A stretch of 64,000 nt of DNA, from contig OZ024757.1 of the NCBI GenBank assembly GCA_964016885.1, positions 20,646,001 through 20,710,000 on the forward strand. Reading direction: 5' to 3'. Source of the DNA: Eledone cirrhosa (taxonomy: Eukaryota). Below the pieces are notes generated by a model. The model was not told the origin of the DNA, made no database searches, and saw only the letters and a list, made by a program, of their open reading frames with translations. The position numbers were made by a program, and so were the translations under genes. Shown here one piece after another: positions 37,118-49,559 of this stretch (positions within the stretch are counted from its first letter, which is position 1; each line of letters opens with the position of its first letter).

Positions 37118-37299
37118 ATGTGAGAAAAACCACAGACCCTCCATCTCAACTCTACTTATGAAAAGCAAAAGAACTGCGAAACCGGTAAAGGAACCAAATA
37201 AATATATATATTTTTAAAAAAATAAGACTCCAGTTGCATTTTCGATTTCATCTTTTTTTCTTTATATACATATATATATATATACATATATATATATAC

Positions 37300-37330
<31 letters not shown>

Positions 37331-37383
37331 CATATATATACATATATACATATATATATATATATACATATATACATATATAT

Positions 37384-37448
<65 letters not shown>

Positions 37449-37508
37449 TAGACATGTACACACATACATACATATATATATATATGTGTATCAACTAGAA
37501 ATAGATTG

Positions 37509-37566
<58 letters not shown>

Positions 37567-37974
37567 AACATATGGAACAATCACAGTGGATATGGAACAT
37601 GTCTCTCAGACATGACAACCCGTAATTTAATTTTGGATACATATATATAGAGAGAGAGAGAGGGGGGGGAGCTAATGTCCTTATTTCCTTCCACCACCCT
37701 GTCTCTGATAAAACTACATGGAACTGCAATAACCCTTCATTTCCAGCCCCCCCCCCCCCAGCCATCTAATATTCCCTCCCTCCCATCTCCAATAAAACTG
37801 CACCAAACTGCAATACTGCTACAGCACCCACACCATCTACCCATAATAGAGCCCCTCCCTGCCAGTCTTTGATAAAACTACTTCACACTACTGTACACCT
37901 CCTCCTCTAACCCCCCCCACCCCCGGGGGGCTGCCATGTTGAACCATTATTGTAGGTACTGGAGTGTTTTAATG

Positions 37975-38072
37975 GTGATGATGCTGGTAATAGTAGTAGT
38001 AGTGGTAGTAATTTTGTAGTAGTAGTCGTAGTAGTTGTTGTGGTGGTGGTGGTGGTAGTAGTAGTTGTGGTG

Positions 38073-38110
<38 letters not shown>

Positions 38111-38327
38111 TGTGGTGGTGATAGTAGTAGTGGTGGTAGTGGTAATAGTAGTAGTAGTTGCGGTGGTAGTAGTGGTAGTGGTAATAGTAATAGTAGTAGT
38201 TGTGGTAGTAGTAGTAGTAGTTGCAGTGGTAGTAGTAGTAGTTGTGGTGGTGGTAGTAGTAGTAGTTGTGGTGGTGGTAGTAGTAGTAGTTGTGGTGGTG
38301 GTAGTAGTTGTAGTTGTAGTGGTAGTG

Positions 38328-38360
<33 letters not shown>

Positions 38361-38741
38361 ATGCAGAGGTAATTTTTGGAACAATAATGTAAAACAATAA
38401 TAGTAATGATAAAGTGGCAGACAAATGGGAGCATGTCTGTCTGTCTGGGAACATGTCTGTCTGTGTCTGTCTGTCTGGGAACATGTCTGTCTGTCTGTCT
38501 GGGAACATATCTGTCTGTCTGTCTGTCTGTCTAGGAACATGTCTGTCTGTGTCTGTCTGGGAACATATCTGTCTGTCTGTCTGGGAATATGTCTGTCTGT
38601 CTGTCTGGGAACATATCTGTCTGTCTGTCTGTCTGTCTGTGTCTGTCTGTCTGGGAACATATCTGTCTGTGTCTGTCTGGGAATATATCTGTCTGTCTGT
38701 CTGTCTGTTTGGGAACATATCTGTCTGTCTGTCTGGGAACA

Positions 38742-38774
<33 letters not shown>

Positions 38775-38805
38775 GGGAACATGTCTGTCTGTCTGTCTGT
38801 CTCTC
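37975..38805. repeat. (GTA/GTG)n array followed by a (CTGT)n/gggaacat compound repeat
   Basis: Direct reading. Confidence 0.92.
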
Positions 38806-39332
38806 CCATGGAACCTGTTGAGTTTGTAGAAGGGATTCTCATAATAAAGTAGGTAATACACAGGAGACAAACTCGTCTAATGGGGTGAGGGGGTGAGGTG
38901 TTATGTTCTCAAGTGACCTTCCTAAAAGGTAAGAGGAAGGAGTGCTCTCTAGTGGACCACCCTGAAAGGCGAGGGGGTGAGGTGCTCTCTAGTGGACCAC
39001 CCTGAAAGATGAGGGGGTGAGGTGCTCTCTAGTGAACCACCCTGAAACACTCTCTCACACACACACTGTCTCTCTTTTTCACACACACGCACAGTCTCTC
39101 TCTTTCTCACACACAGTCCCTCTTACACACACTCTGTTTCACACACACACACTCTCTCTCTCTCACACTCTGTCTCATACTCTCATACACTCACACACAG
39201 TCATACACACTGTGCCTTACTCCCCATACACAGTCTGTCTATCTCATCCTCACCCCCCCCCCCCCCTCTCTCTTCACATACACATTTATGTTTACCAGGA
39301 AAAGAGCACTCAACACATGATGTAAAGTACCA

Positions 39333-39698
39333 TCATGATCATCATCATTTTACGTCCGCTTTTCCCTGCTTGCAAGGGTGGGACGGGAACTGATTCTGGC
39401 TTGGTTTCTACAGCTGGATGCCCTTCCTAACACCAACCTCATTTACAGTGAGTGCTGGGTGCTTTTCTGCCGTGGCACCTCCACGACCACTTTGCAGTGG
39501 AATGATAGGGACCCCAGTCCCTATCATCTCATTTCTACAGCTGAGTAAACTGGAGCAATGTGAAATAAAGTGTCTTGCTCAAGGAAACAACACATCACCC
39601 GGTCTGAGAATTGAACTCACAACCTTTCGATTGCAAGGCCAATGCTCTAACCACAAGCCATGTGCTTCCATCTCTAACCACTAAGCCATGTGCCTCCA
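39333..39698 (-). mobile_element. SINE family A, full length, with a short head duplication
   Basis: ctctaaccac(t)aagccatgtgc occurs twice at 39645-39697. Confidence 0.9.
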
Positions 39699-39961
39699 TA
39701 TATCTCAAGTATATATATATATATATATATATATATCAGTAAACAGTTAATGATTCACTTCATTCTTACCTGGAATCACACACAAAGCATATTGGTGATC
39801 AGTTACTAAGAGGTAGTCCAATTTTCATTGGTGAAAGTAGGTCACATGGTTGAATGTGTTGCAGGGTGAAGTTGACTGAAACACTATAGTGTACAAGGAG
39901 ACTATCAAATCCAGACAAGAAGTGCAACTACTCTGTGATGATGGACATATTTTGTGATGGG

Positions 39962-40838
39962 CATGAAGCTTTCATGTGTCTAGAAGCTGTATTCATGAAG
40001 CTTTCATGTGTCTAGAAGTCATTCATGAAGCTTTCATGTGTCTAGAAGCTGTATTCATGAAGCTTTCATGTGTCTAGAAGCTGTATTCATGAAGCTTTCA
40101 TTTGTCTAGAAGCTGTATTCATGAAGCTTTCATGTGTCTAGAAGTCATTCATGAAGCTTTCATGTGTCTAGAAGCTGTATTCATGAATCTTTCATGTGTC
40201 TAGAAGCTGTATTCATGAAGCTTTCATGTGTCTAGAAGCTGTATTCATGAAGCTTTCATGTGTCTAGAAGTCATTCATGAAGCTTTCATGTGTCTAGAAG
40301 CTGTATTCATGAGGCTTTCATGTGTCTAGAAGCTGTATTCATGAAGCTTTCATGTGTCTAGAAGCTGTATTCATGAAGCTTTCATGTGTCTAGAAGCTGT
40401 ATTCATGAAGCTTTCATGTGTCTAGAAGCTGTATTCATGAAGCTTTCATGTGTCTAGAAGTCATTCATGAAGCTTTCATGTGTCTAGAAGTCATTCATGA
40501 AGCTTTCACGTCTCTAGAAGCTGTATTCATGAAGCTTTCATGTGTCTAGAAGTCATTCATGAAGCTTTCATGTGTCTAGAAGCTGTATTCATGAGGCTTT
40601 CATGTGTCTAGAAGCTGTATTCATGAAGCTTTCATGTGTCTAGAAGCTATTCATGAAGCTTTCATGTGTCTAGAAGCTGTATTCATGAAGCTTTCATGTG
40701 TCTAGAAGCTGTATTCATGAAGCTTTCATGTGTCGAGAAGTCATTCATGAAGCTTTCATGTGTCTAGAAGCTGTATTCATGAAGCTTTCATGTGTCTAGA
40801 AGCTATTCATGAAGCTTTCATGTGTCTAGAAGCTATTC
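39962..40838. repeat. 32/30-bp minisatellite (attcatgaagctttcatgtgtctagaagctgt)
   Basis: About 28 units, each with the quasi-palindrome catgaagctttcatg. Confidence 0.95.
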
Positions 40839-41865
40839 AGATGACACTTTTTTCGATGACGATATCTGGATAACACATCTGATCTTCAGTTAAGAGATAT
40901 TGTGGAACTTTTCTGTTAGGAAAAGCCTTTGCTTTTGTGATCTGTTAAAGAATGGAGTGCCTTTATTGACAATGTTAATTATTAGATGATCCCTGAGAAT
41001 CTAGATGAATTAAGAGAGGGGTGTGGACATTTCTATATTCCATGACCTAAATGAACGAAGATGCTGTTAGTATCAACTCTTGAAAGTATTCACAGTGAGT
41101 CACATATCGTTTCAGAGTGTTATGGGTGCATGATAGACACCTGCTTTGGAAAGACAATCCCCTAAATGGGAAGGTAGAAGGATTTTGACAGTTACAAATT
41201 TAATTATAGTGCCTTGATCTAGAAATAACACAGTCCAGGCAGGAATAAGGAGTGGGGAGGAGAAGTCGATGAACAACATCGCAGAACTCATTCACTTACT
41301 GACTGGGGTGGACCTCGTCAAATCGGACCAAGGAAACAATGTTTCCATTTCCATTGTGCTTTCTATTGCTGATACTATCTACTGGTCACAACTCCTGGCA
41401 GAAAGAGCAACGTAAAATAAAATCTCTTGCTTAAGGACTTAATGCATTGCCCAGTCGAGGAATTGAAATTGTAACCTCACAATTGTTAATCAATTACTAA
41501 CTACTAAGCCACAAAGAATAGCTGATCTTAACATTTTCATTTCCATATTTCGAATGAAATATACTAGTTTCAGTTAGAGTAATTTAATAAAATGTCAAAG
41601 TTTTTCACTAGTGAGCTATTTAGGACATTTTTTTCTTTTATTTTCTGGTGAAGCCGATCCCTCTCCAGGTCTAAATATAGCTGATTTCTTCCAGGGAATG
41701 ATAAAGAGGGATAGAATGGAAATGAGGAACAGACACAGTGGAAGAATTGGTCCCCAGTACTAGATTGGTACTTGTTTTTATCGACCTGGAATGGATGAAA
41801 GGCAAAGTTGACCCCAGCGGGATTTGAACTGAGAGAGCAGAAAGCCGAAATGAATACTGCAAAGC

Positions 41866-42450
41866 ATCAGAAGACTATGTTGGTATGGTCACGTGATGCG
41901 CATGAAAGACGACAGCTGTATAAAAAAGTGCAGGCCGATAAAAATAGACGGAAGTCACAGAGTAGGCAGACCCAGAAAAACCTGGGACGACTTGATAAAT
42001 TCCGACCTCACACACTTACACCTCTCCAAGACAATGTCACTGGACCGAGATCTTTGGCACTACACAGTAATACAGAAGACCCGCCTTGCCTAAGTACAAA
42101 GCGAAACCTACAGTCAGTAGGCACCTCTAACAAAAATACACCCCCGTCCCACCACATCCACACCACCCCTTTCGATGTAAAGTTATGTTGGTACCACAAC
42201 ATCCAGTCCGAAATAAATGAGGTCGTGTAGGTGTCACGAAAAAAAACACACAGTCCGCGCTGTAATGTGGCCGTGTAGGTAACACGGTAAAAACCTCCCA
42301 GTCCACACTGTAAACGTGGTTGGTGTTAGGAAGGGTATCCAGCCATAGAAAACCCGCCAGACAGTCCTATACGAGCAAGACAACCAATCTTGCCTCAAGT
42401 GGGAAAATTCCCGTCCAAACGCATGCAAGCGTGGAAGATGGACGTTAAAC

Positions 42451-42483
<33 letters not shown>
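41866..42483 (+). mobile_element. RTE LINE 3' end with (GAT)n tail
   Basis: MRMKDDSCIKKCRPIKIDGSHRVGRPRKTWDDLINSDL...; same UTR as 19318-20125. Confidence 0.9.
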
Positions 42484-42484
<1 letters not shown>

Positions 42485-42642
42485 ATTCTATCTGATGTTC
42501 TAATGACTCTGCCAATTTGCCACCTATATTTAGAATATAACTTAAATATTTCTAAAATAAAATTAGGATCGAATATTAGGATAAACATTTGAAAATTAGC
42601 AGTTTTCAAATATAAATCCAGGACAGTTAGGCTTCAAAAGGG

Positions 42643-42904
42643 TCAACCCTTTTTGTACCATATTTCCAATGAAAGATACTACCTATAATTTTCAGATAAA
42701 TTTCTTTAAATAATCAAGAATTTGGAGAGATTTAGTAAAATAACTTTCTCAGTATTAATCTGGTGTTTGAAGAATAATTTAACAAAGTTCTAACATAAAA
42801 CTATGATGGAAGGTTTTTAGATATAATATAAATCCTTAAAAATAAATAGCATTTTATCATAGAATTAGAGGCAATTTCAGATGGTTTGGTATCAAACGGA
42901 TTAA
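42643..42904. mobile_element. TTAA-type MITE-like element (fragments also near 3490-3655, 4020-4225, 52850-52945, 53290-53360, 53870-53956)
   Basis: Ends tcaacccttttt-gtacca and tggtatcaaacggattaa are imperfect inverted repeats; internal sequence recurs. Confidence 0.55.
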
Positions 42905-43904
42905 ATTGCTGTTGACATCACTCTCACATCCATTTTTCCATGCTGGCATGGGATGGATAGGTCAATTATACCTACTTTCATTGCATGCTAGAATAGATTA
43001 GACATATTTTCCTGAAGAATCTAGATGTTTCTCCTACAAATGGTTAGCTCACCCTTTAATCTTATAAAGAAAGCATACTAACTACTTCTCCCCCAAACCC
43101 TTACAAAATCCGCAAATAATTCAATTTGAAATGAAGAAGGATCTTTTGAATAAAGAAGACGAAGAAGAACCTGCTACCAGTTTAGATGTATTTCTCTGGA
43201 AAAATCTAAACATTTTAACTAGGAAGACTTGTTGGTGATGTGGTCTGTGGAGGTGTTGTTGATGTGGTATGGCATGTCACACGTTTGAAATGGAGGCAAT
43301 TTCCTCAACTAGTAACGAACCACTTGACATGATGAAGGAAGAGCATACTACTTAGGCTTTCTGCCAACATAGCTAAAGATGCTCGAGTTATGTCCCTTAC
43401 AGTGCAGTTCTTCAGTTGGAAAATCATTGGCATTTATAAATTTGCTTTAACCCTTTTGGTCATTCTGTATTTTTATTTAAGATTTTTCTATATTTATACG
43501 CTTCTCTAAATTAGTTTTTTTTAGCAATCTTCTTATTGAGATGTAAAATAAATAGCTGACAAATTTTACCGTATATATATATATATGTATCATCATCATC
43601 ACCGTTTTACGTCCGTTCTTCCACGCTAGCATGGGTTAGACGGGTTGTCCTGTTGTGAGCAGTGTCCGGTCAGCTGACCTTGTCTTGCTCATACTGGCAT
43701 GATTTCTACGGCTGGATGCCCTTCCTAACACCAATCTCATTTACATATATATATATATATACAGTAACATTGATGCAATATTCAATTCAAGAATTCAACG
43801 TACATTTATCCTTGTAGGAATGAATGATGGAGTATTTTTAGAATAAGGAAATATACATATAATAATTATTATATGTTATATACATATATATATATATATA
43901 TATT

Positions 43905-44617
43905 TGCACCTCTCTAAGACAATGTCACTCGACCGAGATCTTTGGCGCTACACAGTAATACAGAAGACCCGCCTTGCCTATATACAAAGCGAAACCTACA
44001 GTCAGTGGGCACCTCTTAACCAAATATACACCCCAATCCACTACCCTACCCTATCCTCCAACTCCCACCAACCTTTCTCTGTAAAGTTGGTACCACAACA
44101 TCCAGTCCAAATAAATGAGATAATGAGATCGAGATCGTGTAGGTGTCACGACAAAAAAACACACAGTCCACGCTGTAATGTGGCCGTGTAGGTAACACGG
44201 TAAAAAGTTCCCAGTTCCACACTGTAAATGTGGTTGGTGTTAGGAAGGGCATCCAGCTGTAGAAAACACGCCAGACAGTCCACGCTGTAATGTGGCCGTG
44301 TAGGCAACACGGTAAAAAGTTCCCAGTTCCACACTGTAAATGTGGTTGGTGTTAGGAAGGGCATCTAGCTGTAGAAAACACGCCAGACAGTCCACGCTGT
44401 AATGTGGCCGTGTAGGCAACACGGTAAAAAGTTCCCAGTTCCACACTGTAAATGTGGTTGGTGTTAGGAAGGGCATCCAGCCGTAGAAAACCTGCCAGAT
44501 AGTCCTGTATGAGCGAGACACGGTCATCCGACCAACTTTGCCTCAAGTGGGACAACCCCCGTCTAACCCATGCTAGCGTGGAAGATAGACGTTAAACGAA
44601 GATGATGATGATGATGA
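43905..44617 (+). mobile_element. RTE LINE 3' end with a 112-bp tail segment triplicated
   Basis: gtccacgctg at 44166, 44278 and 44390. Confidence 0.9.
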
Positions 44618-44942
44618 TATACACACACAGTCAGATTCCTATATGTATGTATACATACATACATATAGCTATGTATTTATCTATCTATATGTACATATTC
44701 AAGACCATAGTATATTTGATGGCTTAAAAGTTCCGAATTTTGATAGAAGCTGAAATTCTATTTCAAAATTTGCAACTAATAATTAGTGATGGATAGAAAT
44801 ATAAATTGTTGAAGAATGTGGAATATCACATGTTGATAAATAAAAGGAAAGCTTTGACAAAAATATATTCGAAATATGTGTGTGTGTGTGAGTGTGAGTG
44901 AGTGTGTGTGTATGCACAATATTATATGACAGAATGTATGTA

Positions 44943-44978
<36 letters not shown>

Positions 44979-45679
44979 CACGCACACACACCAATATACA
45001 CATATATATGAATACATACAAACACACACACATAAACACACACCTATATACATATACAAACACATATGTATGTATGTATATATATATATATATATATGTT
45101 TGTGTATATATATAAAACAAAATAACAAGAATTGGTGAATATTGTACACAAACAAATAATTTTAAGTTAGTGGAAAAAAAACTAAAGAGAGGATTTACAG
45201 ATTTTGTAGAGGAAAAAAAAAAGAAAATAGGATAAAGATTGAAATTTGTGGTTGTTTTAAAGACGATTCTAGGAGATCATAGAATTAATATGAAAAAAAT
45301 AGAGTAGAAGTATCTCTTTTAACTGGAGAGCTCTCTATATTGTTATACTATTGTCATTGAAAACTATATATTTGTATATATGAGGGCACATGTGTGTGTC
45401 TGTGTATTGTGTGTGTGCTTGTGTCTGTGTATTGTGTGTGTGCTTGTATGTGTATTGTGTATGTGCATGTTTATTGTGTATGTGTGTGAGTATATGTACA
45501 GGTGTTTGTGTATGTGTACATGTGCACATATGTGTATATGTGCACATGTGTGAGTATATGTGCATACCTGTGTGTGTATAAGTGCATGGAAAGAGAAATA
45601 TCTATCTACCTACCTTTGTGGCAAATAAAGAAATCTCTCTCTCTATCCATTTATCTTCCTATTTATCTATCTATTTGTC

Positions 45680-46190
45680 ATGATCAAACTGCCACCCTCC
45701 TTCAAAAACAAAGGTGAGGCGGTTTTCCTATGTGTTATGGCTATTGTGAAAGAGGTTATATGGTGGACGAGGTTAAAAGGGCTGAGGTCAGACACCTTTC
45801 TCTCCGGCCAACAACTGATTCTTTTTTTCAAATATCATTTTGCAAGAATCAGGATGGAGAGAGAGGTGCTGTAACCCAGCAAATTTTATAAAAGGTGGGT
45901 GAATGTGGCAAAGATGGCCCGAGTGGTTGGGCCTTCTCTCTATATAAGCCTGTAGGTTGAGGAAAAAGAGAAAGAGAGGAAGGGAGTACTCACTCTTGGT
46001 GCTCCTGGAGATGAGGGTTGTACATTTTTTCGGGGTGTGTACAACCCCTGTGTAACGCCCCCCCCCCCTATTGGGGATTTCAATTGTTATTTGTTATTTT
46101 ATTAATAGTTTTATTTTCATATACCTGTATGTAAACTCCCCATTTGTATTTGTCCCCTTCTTTTGTGCCCTTGTGGCTAATAAAGAAATT
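45680..46190 (+). mobile_element. Probable Tx1/L1-clade LINE 3' end within (TATC)n-like sequence
   Basis: GEAVFLCVMAIVKEVIWWTRLKG...FFKYH...F.KRW C-terminal-like peptide; 3' UTR ending cccttgtggctaataaagaaat then tatc repeats. Confidence 0.55.
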
Positions 46191-46249
46191 TATCTATCTA
46201 TCTACATACCTACTTATCTATCTTCCTATTTATCTATCTATCTACATAG

Positions 46250-46640
46250 ATGTGTAATATGTTGGATGTGTAATAGTAATATACACGAATGGCAAAGCAT
46301 AAATGAACTAAGTGAGAAATTAGGAATAAGAGAGATCAGATGTTGTTTACTTGAGAGAAGACTACGTTGGTATGGTCACGTGATGCGCATAAAAGTGCAG
46401 GGCGATCAAAATTGATGGAAGTTACGGAGTAGGCAGACCCAGAAAAACCTGGGATGATTTGATAAATTCCAACCTTATACCTCTCTAAGACAATGGTACT
46501 CGACCAAGATCTTTGGCGCTACGCAGTAATACAGAACACATGCCTTGCCTATGTACAAAGCAAAACCTACTGTCAGTAGGCACCTCTTAACCAAATATAC
46601 ACCCCCATCCCACTACCCCTACCCCCACCCCCATCAACAC
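46250..46640 (+). mobile_element. RTE LINE fragment (family of 19318-20125), running into (CAT/CAC)n
   Basis: WMCNSNIHEWQSINELSEKLGIREIRCCLLERRLRWYGHVMR. Confidence 0.87.
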
Positions 46641-47077
46641 CATCACTAGCCTCATCATCATCATCACTACCGCCACCATCACCACCACTATCATCATCAC
46701 CACTACCATCATCACCATCACTACCACCACCACCACCACCATCACTACCACCACCATCATCACCACCACTATCATCATCATCACTACCACCAGCACCATC
46801 TTCATCATCACGACCACCACCATCACCATCATCATCACTATCACCACCACCATCACCATCATCATCACCACCACCTCCATCATCATCACCACCACTATCA
46901 TCATCACGACCACCACCACTATCATCATCATCACCACCACCATCATCATCACTACCACCACTATCATCACCACCACCACCATTTATCATCTATTTTCCAT
47001 ATCTACATGGGTTAGATAGATTGTCAAATTCAATGGCTAGATGTGCTTCTTTCATGTTGTTTTTAGTTTGGTTCATA

Positions 47078-49325
47078 TGGCTGGATGTCCTTCCTAACTG
47101 CCACCCCCTTCACTGGCTGGATGTCCTCCTTAACTGCCACCCCCTTCACTGGCTGGAAGTCCTCCTTAACTGCCACCCCCTTCACTGGCTGGATGTCCCC
47201 CTTAACTGCCACCCCCTTCACTGGCTGGATGTCCCCCTTAACTGCCACCCCCTTCACTGGCTGGATGTCCTTCCTAACTGCCACCCCCTTCACTGGCTGG
47301 ATGTCCCCCTTAACTGCCAGCCCCTTCACTGGCTGGATGTCCCCCTTAACTGCCACCCCCTTCACTGGCTGGATGTCCTTCCTAACTGCCACCCCCTTCA
47401 CTGGCTGGATGTCCTCCCTAACTGCCACCCCCTTCACTGGCTGGATGTCCCCCTTAACTGCCACCCCCTTCACTGGCTGGATGTCCCCCTTAACTGCCAC
47501 CCCCTTCACTGGCTGGATGTCCCCCTTAACTGCCACCCCCTTCACTGGCTAGATGTCCCCCTTAACTGCCACCCCCTTCCTGGCTGGATGTCCTTCCTAA
47601 CTGCCACCCCCTTCACTGGCTGGATGTCCTCCTTAACTGCCACCCCCTTCACTGGCTGGATGTCCCCCTTAACTGCCACCCCCTTCACTGGCTGGATGTC
47701 CTCCCTAACTTCCACCCCCTTCACTGGCTGGATGTCCTCCCTAACTGCCACCCCCTTCACTGGCTGGAAGTCCTCATTAACTGCCACCCCCTTCACTGGC
47801 TGGAAGTCCTCATTAACTGCCACCCCCTTCACTGGCTGGATGTCCCCCTTAACTGCCACCCCCTTCACTGGCTGGATGTCCCCCTTAACTGCCACCCCCT
47901 TCACTGGCTGGATGTCCCCCTTAACTGCCACCCCCTTCACTGGCTGGATGTCCTCCTTAACTGCCACCCCCTTCACTGGCTGGATGTCCCCCTTAACTGC
48001 CACCCCCTTCACTGGCTGGATGTCCTCCTTAACTGCCACCCCCTTCACTGGCTGGATGTCCTCCTTAACTGCCACCCCCTTCACTGGCTGGATGTCCTTC
48101 CTAACTGCCACCCCCTTCACTGGCTGGATGATGTCCTTAACTGCCACCCCCTTCACTGGCTGGATGTCCTCCTTAACTGCCACCCCCTTCACTGGCTGGA
48201 TGTCCTTCCCTAACTGCTACCCCCTTCACTGGCTGGATGTCCTCCCTAACTTCCACCCCCTTCACTGGCTGGATGTCCTTCCTAACTGCCACCCCCTTCA
48301 CTGGCTGGATGTCCTCCCTAACTGCCACCCCCTTCACTGGCTGGATGTCCTCCCTAACTGCCACCCCCTTCACTGGCTGGAAGTCCCCATTAACTGCCAC
48401 CCCCTTCACTGGCTGGATGTCCTCCCTAACTGCCACCCCCTTCACTGGCTGGATGTCCTCCTTAACTGCCACCCCCTTCACTGGCTGGATGTCCTCCCTA
48501 ACTGCCACCCCCTTCACTGGCTGGAAGTCCCCATTAACTGCCACCCCCTTCACTGGCTGGAAGTCCTCATTAACTGCCACCCCCTTCACTGGCTGAAAGT
48601 CCTCATTAACTGCCACCCCCTTCACTGGCTGGAAGTCCTCATTAACTGCCACCCCCTTCACTGGCTGGAAGTCCTCATTAACTGCCACCCCCTTCACTGG
48701 CTGGATGTCCTCCCTAACTGCCACCCCCTTCACTGGCTGGAAGTCCTCATTAACTGCCACCCCCTTCACTGGCTGGAAGTCCTCATTAACTGCCACCCCC
48801 TTCACTGGCTGGATGTCCTCCTTAACTGCCACCCCCTTCACTGGCTGGATGTCCTCCTTAACTGCCACCCCCTTCACTGGCTGGATGTCCTCCCTAACTG
48901 CCACCCCCTTCACTGGCTGGATGTCCTCCTTAACTGCCACCCCCTTCACTGGCTGGATGTCCTCCCTAACTGCCACCCCCTTCACTGGCTGGATGTCCTC
49001 CTTAACTGCCACCCCCTTCACTGGCTGGATGTCCTCCCTAACTGCCACCCCCTTCACTGGCTGGATGTCCTTCCTAACTGCCACCCCCTTCACTGGCTGG
49101 ATGTCCTCCTTAACTGTCACCCCCTTCACTGGCTGGATGTCCTCCTTAACTGCCACCCCCTTCACTGGCTGGATGTCCTCCTTAACTGCCACCCCCTTCA
49201 CTGGCTGGAAGTCCTTCCTAACTGCCACCCCCTTCACTGGCTGGATGTCCTTCCTTAACTGCCACCCCCTTCACTGGCTGGATGTCCTCCTTAACTTCCA
49301 CCCCCTTCACTGGCTGGATGTCCTT
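47078..49325. repeat. 36-bp minisatellite derived from the SINE A/RTE tail motif
   Basis: Unit ggctggatgtcctccttaactgccacccccttcact versus SINE (minus) gctggatgcccttcctaacaccaacctcatttaca. Confidence 0.95.
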
Positions 49326-49559
49326 TTGTGGCATAAGAACAACCACTTACAGGATGGACTGGGTGCCTTTTATTGTGATACCAATACAGCCATCTTACAA
49401 GGTGGACTGGATGTTTTTGAATTGGAACCAGTACTACCACCAAATAGAGTGGCCTGAGTGGCATCAGCATTACTACTTAAAGGGTCAACTGGGTGCCTTT
49501 TGTTGTGGCACCAGTACTATCACCTTTCAAGGTTGACTGGGTGTTTTTTGTAATGGCAC

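Noticed and set aside
37155-37190. Hammerhead motif CUU-AUGAAAA-GCA...UGC-GAA-ACCGGU-A-AAG
   Set aside because: Stems fit, but two core positions (C3, G8) are mutated; at best a dead relic
39770-39960. Minus-strand exon ending at CAG|gtaag
   Set aside because: Stops in all three frames upstream and no recognisable product
43100-43470. Unique-looking segment as an exon or transposase fragment
   Set aside because: Only short ORFs and no recognisable motif in the frames checked
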